Source of the DNA: Octopus bimaculoides
Taxonomy: Eukaryota
Length of the DNA stretch: 41,226 nt
Direction: 5' to 3'
Assembly (NCBI RefSeq): GCF_001194135.2
Contig: NC_068983.1
Coordinates: 77,002,889-77,044,114, forward strand
The notes under the pieces are model-generated. The model worked only from the letters and a program-made list of their open reading frames with translations, did not search any database and had not been told where the DNA came from. Below are positions 34,432 through 41,226 of the stretch, in pieces. Position 1 is the stretch's first letter. Each line of letters starts with the position of its first letter. Position numbers and translations under genes: made by a program.

Positions 34432-37400
34432 GTCTATACGCTGTAGATGGTGAATGTATGCTTGAATTTGCGAAGGTATGGTACAATACTTCGATAGATA
34501 ACATCTAATTTAGATGCCGACGTTTATAATCTTGGGAGACAAGTAACTGTACATCCACCAAAATGCGCTTCCAGGTGGCTCAGCGTTATACGATTCTTTT
34601 GTCGTTCGATCCGGCAAGAATTTTGATATTCGTTTTTCAGGAATATTTTTCTATAATTAGAATGATTAAAGCTCGCACGGCCGCTTCTTTTAAAGAATTG
34701 TATAAAGACAAAATTTCTAATACTGTCCTGAACCAAATAACACATTTTCGTTCTTTTAAACGTTTACATATCAAAACCATTTACCGTTGCATAAAATCGA
34801 TCCGTAGAGGGAAAATAAATATTCATTAAAATACCCGAACGTTCCATCTCCGAAGGAATACTATTTTTAATATATACGTATTACCTTTCGTTTTCACGAA
34901 AATACATCCAATGTTCAAACATCAACTCAGTGAGTACGTACAATGTTCATGCCAAACACATAATGTCCAAAAGAGAAAAAGGTCGTTTACTTGTATGTGT
35001 GTGTGTGTGTGAACGTGTAACTGTATATCTAAGTATGTGTTTGTGTATATGATACTTAATTCTCCATACAAATAAGCAGGTAGACCATGGTGCTGAATAC
35101 GTTGAGAAGATATGAGAACTTGTTAAAATTGAAGAATGCAGGGTTCACACTTTGCATAAATCATTTCAGAGTTAAATTAAATAAAATTTCATTTGCAGTT
35201 AGTTATACTGATATATTTTATACATTTCTCACGCGCACACACACACACACACGCCCATATATGTATAGACATATATATATATATNNNNNNNNNNNNNNNN
35301 NNNNNNNNNNNNNNNNNNNNNNNNNNNNNNNNNNNNNNNNNNNNNNNNNNNNNNNNNNNNNNNNNNNNNNNNNNNNNNNNNNNNNNNNNNNNNNNNNNNN
35401 NNNNNNNNNNNNNNNNNNNNNNNNNNNNNNNNNNNNNNNNNNNNNNNNNNNNNNNNNNNNNNNNNNNNNNNNNNNNNNNNNNNNNNNNNNNNNNNNNNNN
35501 NNNNNNNNNNNNNNNNNNNNNNNNNNNNNNNNNNNNNNNNNNNNNNNNNNNNNNNNNNNNNNNNNNNNNNNNNNNNNNNNNNNNNNNNNNNNNNNNNNNN
35601 NNNNNNNNNNNNNNNNNNNNNNNNNNNNNNNNNNNNNNNNNNNNNNNNNNNNNNNNNNNNNNNNNNNNNNNNNNNNNNNNNNNNNNNNNNNNNNNNNNNN
35701 NNNNNNNNNNNNNNNNNNNNNNNNNNNNNNNNNNNNNNNNNNNNNNNNNNNNNNNNNNNNNNNNNNNNNNNNNNNNNNNNNNNNATATATATATATATAT
35801 ATACATACATATAAATATATGCATGCATGTGAGCTTGCGTATATGCCTGTGTGTATACTTTTCTGTAAACCTATGTGGACATATATTTGTGCTCTTTTAT
35901 GAAGGACGCCGCTGCATAAAATCGATCCATAGAGAAAATAAATATTTATTGAAATACCCGAATGTAACAAGTACTTCAGCTAAACATCGCTGTTAACTTA
36001 CCTTCGGCTATAGTAACTTTAGTTTGAAATACGAGAAACGTCTTGGGTAGATCCATAACAGAGGACTTATTTTAGACGAGACATACGAACAAGACTTAAA
36101 TCTACAAGCATTATGACGGGAGCATATCTCCTGTTACCATTTGCAATATCAGTTTCACCCAGTTAATATCTATTATATTCGTAGTAAAATATAATGGAGC
36201 GTGTGACGTTAGCAATTTGATGCCATATCATTCGGGTAAAATAACTGGGATACAGATATGCATGTGTTCTTGCGTTTTTGCATTAACGTTTGTTTTATGT
36301 TACAATAAAAAGAATTTTAGATTAAATTAAAGGATTGTTCACCCAATCCTGCCAACGACCTAAAAGTTACCACCCACGCACACTATTTTGTAAAACCTTG
36401 GAGTCTGTATTACTGAGAAGCTGATAAACACCCCTAAATACACCCAATAAACACGCCCAAATGCAAAATACATCACGTAAACTATTAATTATACTTTGTA
36501 ATAGAATGTCCACAATCTTAATAGTCTAAAATAATTAGTTTAGAATTTCTTAATAGAAATCTAATGTGATTACAATTTCAAAGTAAGTAGGTTGTATGCC
36601 ATGTCAGAAAGCAATATATCTACAATTACTCTTTTGTAAACGTTAAAACAACCTAATGTCATATGCATATCGAAATAATTTCTCGAGTGAAATTTCAAAC
36701 TTCTGCTTAAACCTTTACTTCCTTGCCTGACTGATACTTAAAAAGCAGTAAAATTCCAATATCAAACCAATATAAATATTGTTTATTCAACATCAATATA
36801 AATATCAACTCATATCCTGGAATCATATTTTCCCCTAACCTCCCCTTCCCACTCTATAAACAGCTACATCCGCTCTCAATGTACACCAAAGACATTATTA
36901 ATCAAACTCTCATTTCACCTTAAAAGAAACGTGCCAAAGACTATAAATACAGAAAAAAAAACAACCCCAGTAAAATTATAGTTGAGCAAGCCGTAAGTTC
37001 AACATCACTGTTAATCTTTTCTTTTTAAAAGTCAATCTNNNNNNNNNNNNNNNNNNNNNNNNNNNNNNNNNNNNNNNNNNNNNNNNNNNNNNNNNNNNNN
37101 NNNNNNNNNNNNNNNNNNNNNNNNNNNNNNNNNNNNNNNNNNNNNNNNNNNNNNNNNNNNNNNNNNNNNNNNNNNNNNNNNNNNNNNNNNNNNNNNNNNN
37201 NNNNNNNNNNNNNNNNNNNNNNNNNNNNNNNNNNNNNNNNNNNNNNNNNNNNNNNNNNNNNNNNNNNNNNNNNNNNNNNNNNNNNNNNNNNNNNNNNNNN
37301 NNNNNNNNNNNNNNNNNNNNNNNNNNNNNNNNNNNNNNNNNNNNNNNNNNNNNNNNNNNNNNNNNNNNNNNNNNNNNNNNNNNNNNNNNNNNNNNNNNNN

Positions 37401-37736
37401 NNNNNNNNNNNNNNNNNNNNNNNNNNNNNNNNNNNNNNNNNNNNNNNNNNNNNNNNNNNNNNNNNNNNNNNNNNNNNNNNNNNNNNNNNNNNNNNNNNNN
37501 NNNNNNNNNNNNNNNNNNNNNNNNNNNNNNNNNNNNNNNNNNNNNNNNNNNNNNNNNNNNNNNNNNNNNNNNNNNNNNNNNNNNNNNNNNNNNNNNNNNN
37601 NNNNNNNNNNNNNNNNNNNNNNNNNNNNNNNNNNNNNNNNNNNNNNNNNNNNNNNNNNNNNNNNNNNNNNNNNNNNNNNNNNNNNNNNNNNNNNNNNNNN
37701 NNNNNNNNNNNNNNNNNNNNNNNNNNNNNNNNNNNN

Positions 37737-37781
<45 letters not shown>

Positions 37782-37834
37782 TTATATCTATCTCTCTCTC
37801 TGTCTCTCTCTCTCTCTCTATATATATATATTTA

Positions 37835-37877
<43 letters not shown>

Positions 37878-37940
37878 ATATATATATGTATGTGTGTGTG
37901 TGTGTTAGTGTGTGTGTGTGTGTGTGTGTGTGTATGTATA
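37737..37940. repeat. (TA)n/(TC)n/(TCTA)n/(TG)n
   Basis: Direct reading. Confidence 0.95.
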
Positions 37941-38143
37941 TATTATTGTATTCGGGGACGGACATGTTGCTAGTTTGGCCAATAAAAACACAATCACTAT
38001 ATAGTTGGTGTTCACTTGCTTCAGCTTTATCTTATGTTAATTGTATTTCGTGACACTGCTGTGACCTCATCAGTGGTTCCTTGCTTTCTTCATTATTTTA
38101 CGTGTGTCTCTCCATACTAATGATCTCCCATTTTGTATTCCTA
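37941..38143 (-). mobile_element. Diverged fourth copy of the HHR-bearing element
   Basis: rc contains TAGGAATACAAAATGGGAG...GGAACCACTGATGAGGTCACAGCAGTGTCACGAAATAC...AAAGCTGAAGCAAGTGAACACC...TTTTTATTGGCCAAACTAGCAACATG. Confidence 0.8.
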
Positions 38144-38461
38144 TTGTACGTGTCTTTATTTTCGTATGCATATATCTCTGTGTATCTATGTTTAATGTGT
38201 GGGGGAAGGTCTGTACATTATCAATATTCCCTATTCATACACGTTCGTTGAATTTTTATTTATTTTTCATTTGTTTATATCTACTTACTTTTTCATTTCT
38301 TTCTTTTGTATTAATTTAATTTAATTTCATTTATTTTGTTTATGTATATAGTTATTTAATTCCATTATTTATCTGTGCATTGTATTATTTTTCATATTAT
38401 CATAAGTTTATGGGGATTTTATTCTGGTATGTGGGGTCTGTGTGCTAGTGTTCCATTCTAG

Positions 38462-38505
38462 TTTTATTGACTAAATTGGCAACATGACCATCCCTAAATA
38501 CAATA
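38462..38505 (+). mobile_element. 3'-end fragment of the same family
   Basis: TTTTATTGACTAAATTGGCAACATGACCATCCCTAAATACAA compared with TTTTATTGGCTAAACTGGCAATATGACCATCCCCAAGTACAA. Confidence 0.75.
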
Positions 38506-40227
38506 TCTGATTCAGCACACGAATTCACATGAAGAATCTTTCAAAACGGGTATATATATATATATATATNNNNNNNNNNNNNNNNNNNNNNNNNNNNNNN
38601 NNNNNNNNNNNNNNNNNNNNNNNNNNNNNNNNNNNNNNNNNNNNNNNNNNNNNNNNNNNNNNNNNNNNNNNNNNNNNNNNNNNNNNNNNNNNNNNNNNNN
38701 NNNNNNNNNNNNNNNNNNNNNNNNNNNNNNNNNNNNNNATATATATAATATGCTTATGGGAAACATTTTGAATATGCAAATAAAGTGCCTATTCCAATAT
38801 GTCAGCGATAGTCTAATGATACTGACTATCGAGCCAGGTGTTCAGGGTTGCATCAGGTTGTACTGGTATAATGTAGGATAAATATGATAATAATAACAAT
38901 AATCTTTGAATTGAATTTAATGAATCGCTACGTGCATTTCTACAAAGCACATGGCTCTTAAGATCACAGTCCGTATTCCTGTGATGATTACATTGTAGTT
39001 CATAGTATCCGTGGGTAACGGGTTGATCATCATTGATTTATTTCTTCTGGTGATATTACATTAGTGGAGGTACAACAGAAAGTTGTTTTCCCCTTTTTAC
39101 CAGTATGAAAATTAAGCGAGTTATGTGGGTATTTGCTGGAGAAGAGTGAAAGGTGATGGAAATAGTGGAAAGAATAGTAGTTATATGGGAATGGAAGTGT
39201 ATATGGTGGTGTTCGACCTATCTTGCTATACTTTCAGCGGATGTTCAGGATAAGTAGTATATGTTTTTGTTCGGATTGCTTGTTGCGGTGCCATACCAGA
39301 TTCATAGACTCAATATGAATGTAGTAAACCCGAACTCGGGGTCGTGGATACATCTTTTTTCAAAGGCATAGGATATTTCTACACCTGCCATCCCTTTGGC
39401 TAATAAATGCAAATTCATTATTTACAAATTTCAATTGATTATTCAGTATTTCGCGGTATGCAATATGTTGTGTTTGCAAACAAGGAAACCAAAAAAATTC
39501 AGAAATACTGACAATGCTTATACTCCTCCCTTAAAAAGTTTTGGCCCAGCGTAGAGATACAAATATTTAGATTCAATACTTAGCCCCTGTCTTTATAACA
39601 TTTATACACTGAGATTTAAGCACATACGCAGGAACATGAATACATGTATACGCGTTTTGATGGGGGTATATATATATATATATATATATTTTGGGACTGC
39701 CATGTTGGCTTGGCGATAACTATTAATTTCCAGTACCGCTGCCGTAGTCTCCTTTAGAGAGACTTAGAAATATTAATAACTCTATTTCTGAAAACCAGTG
39801 GATAGATTCCACTGAAATTAGATAAATAACCTTCGAGCAGATAGTCAGCAGCGCCGCCTGGCTAAGGCTTGGCTACTCTGCATTGACAAGGGGCAACACC
39901 CTGAAACTAGTCTAGTCTGCAGATGCCAAACCAGCAGGGGGACACTGCTGACCTCCCCTGTTCGAAGGTTATAAAGGACACNNNNNNNNNNNNNNNNNNN
40001 NNNNNNNNNNNNNNNNNNNNNNNNNNNNNNNNNNNNNNNNNNNNNNNNNNNNNNNNNNNNNNNNNNNNNNNNNNNNNNNNNNNNNNNNNNNNNNNNNNNN
40101 NNNNNNNNNNNNNNNNNNNNNNNNNNNNNNNNNNNNNNNNNNNNNNNNNNNNNNNNNNNNNNNNNNNNNNNNNNNNNNNNNNNNNNNNNNNNNNNNNNNN
40201 NNNNNNNNNNNNNNNNNNNNNNNNNNN

Positions 40228-40265
<38 letters not shown>

Positions 40266-41044
40266 CGTTCGTGCAAATGAATGAGCGTATGTTTGACCCA
40301 TGAGACTTTGTGATTGTCGCATTCCAAATGACAGTCATTTAAATGGCAAGGCATCGCATAAAGTTACCATCGTTTAATATACAAGAATATATGCATATTT
40401 AAGGATTTTCGGAAGCTACACAAGCGCAGAGTTGAAATAATTGTGTGAAGACAAATGTAAAGCAACATCCTTGATTCGCAGATTCAAGGAATATTTAAAT
40501 GTTAAGAATACTGAGTATATGATTTTCATTTTGAATTGCACTCGTCTCCACTCAACTGATTTCAATTATCCCACTATTGGCATTTGGATCGCATTAATTG
40601 CAATTTTACAAAGATTCTTCTGAAAAGAGGTGGAAAGAATGGAAAACATACATGACTGTATACGTAATGACTTGTTTGTCTGTGCATGTACATATATACA
40701 AATATATAAACATATGGATTCGCACATAAAAGAGCCCTGGTATATAACAATGTCCTTTGAAAAAACGAGAAATAGCGTAGCATATGTCTATAATATTATT
40801 GCATCAACAGTAACGGCCTAATTTTCTATGCCTCTAACAATTTGAATATGGTGTATCAGTGAAAAATGTAATATAGGTTAAATATGGTAATCGAAATATA
40901 TTACGACGCTTACAAGTCATAATAATGTGAGTACCATATAAACCTTTAAATTATAATAGAATGTTCAACACTTAACTGGCAAAGTATAATAATCATCAGA
41001 GTTATAACGTGATAAGAACAAAAATGTAAAAATTTAAATACAAA

Positions 41045-41226
<182 letters not shown>

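Noticed and set aside
39000-39400. Minus-strand ILSL*IWYGTAT, resembling a Rex/Babar LINE C-terminus
   Set aside because: A single weak motif with many stops; the flanking motifs do not match.
39693-39770. PLE-like end motif (rc CCAACATGGCAGTCCC) and a GTCTC/GAGAC hairpin followed by GAAA
   Set aside because: The core reads CTGCCGT, spacing to GAAA is wrong and there is no stem I. At most a badly decayed fourth HHR repeat.
40441-40623. ORF with IRRFKEYL, similar to the R..EH motif of GIY-YIG
   Set aside because: No YIG motif upstream, so there is too little evidence.

Overview
AT-rich animal genomic DNA, dense in microsatellites and with nine N-gaps. The SINE families suggest octopus or another cephalopod (inference). 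I found no supportable host gene; nearly every listed ORF is a microsatellite or gap artefact. The unique-looking sequence is mostly decayed transposable elements: a near full-length mariner with both TIRs (23050-24561), a second decayed mariner, an internally deleted DD41D-like Tc1/mariner, a Helitron RepHel fragment, an RTE LINE 3' end, two restriction-like-endonuclease (RLE) LINE fragments abutting (TAA)n arrays, several tRNA-derived SINEs, and four Penelope-like element (PLE) remnants (three GIY-YIG endonuclease pieces, one RT piece). The main result is three distinct hammerhead ribozyme (HHR) motifs. (1) An apparently intact type I HHR at 54-152 (-) has a palindromic stem III and an unusually long 57-nt stem II domain. 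(2) A ~230-bp, non-coding, multi-copy HHR-carrying element has one copy inserted with a 12-bp target-site duplication inside the mariner, and two more copies in a near-perfect head-to-head palindrome. (3) A minimal HHR at 34038-34077 has a one-base insertion in its core. Together these look like PLE terminal repeats and a PLE-mobilised, retrozyme-like family. All folds and alignments were done by eye and are untested.
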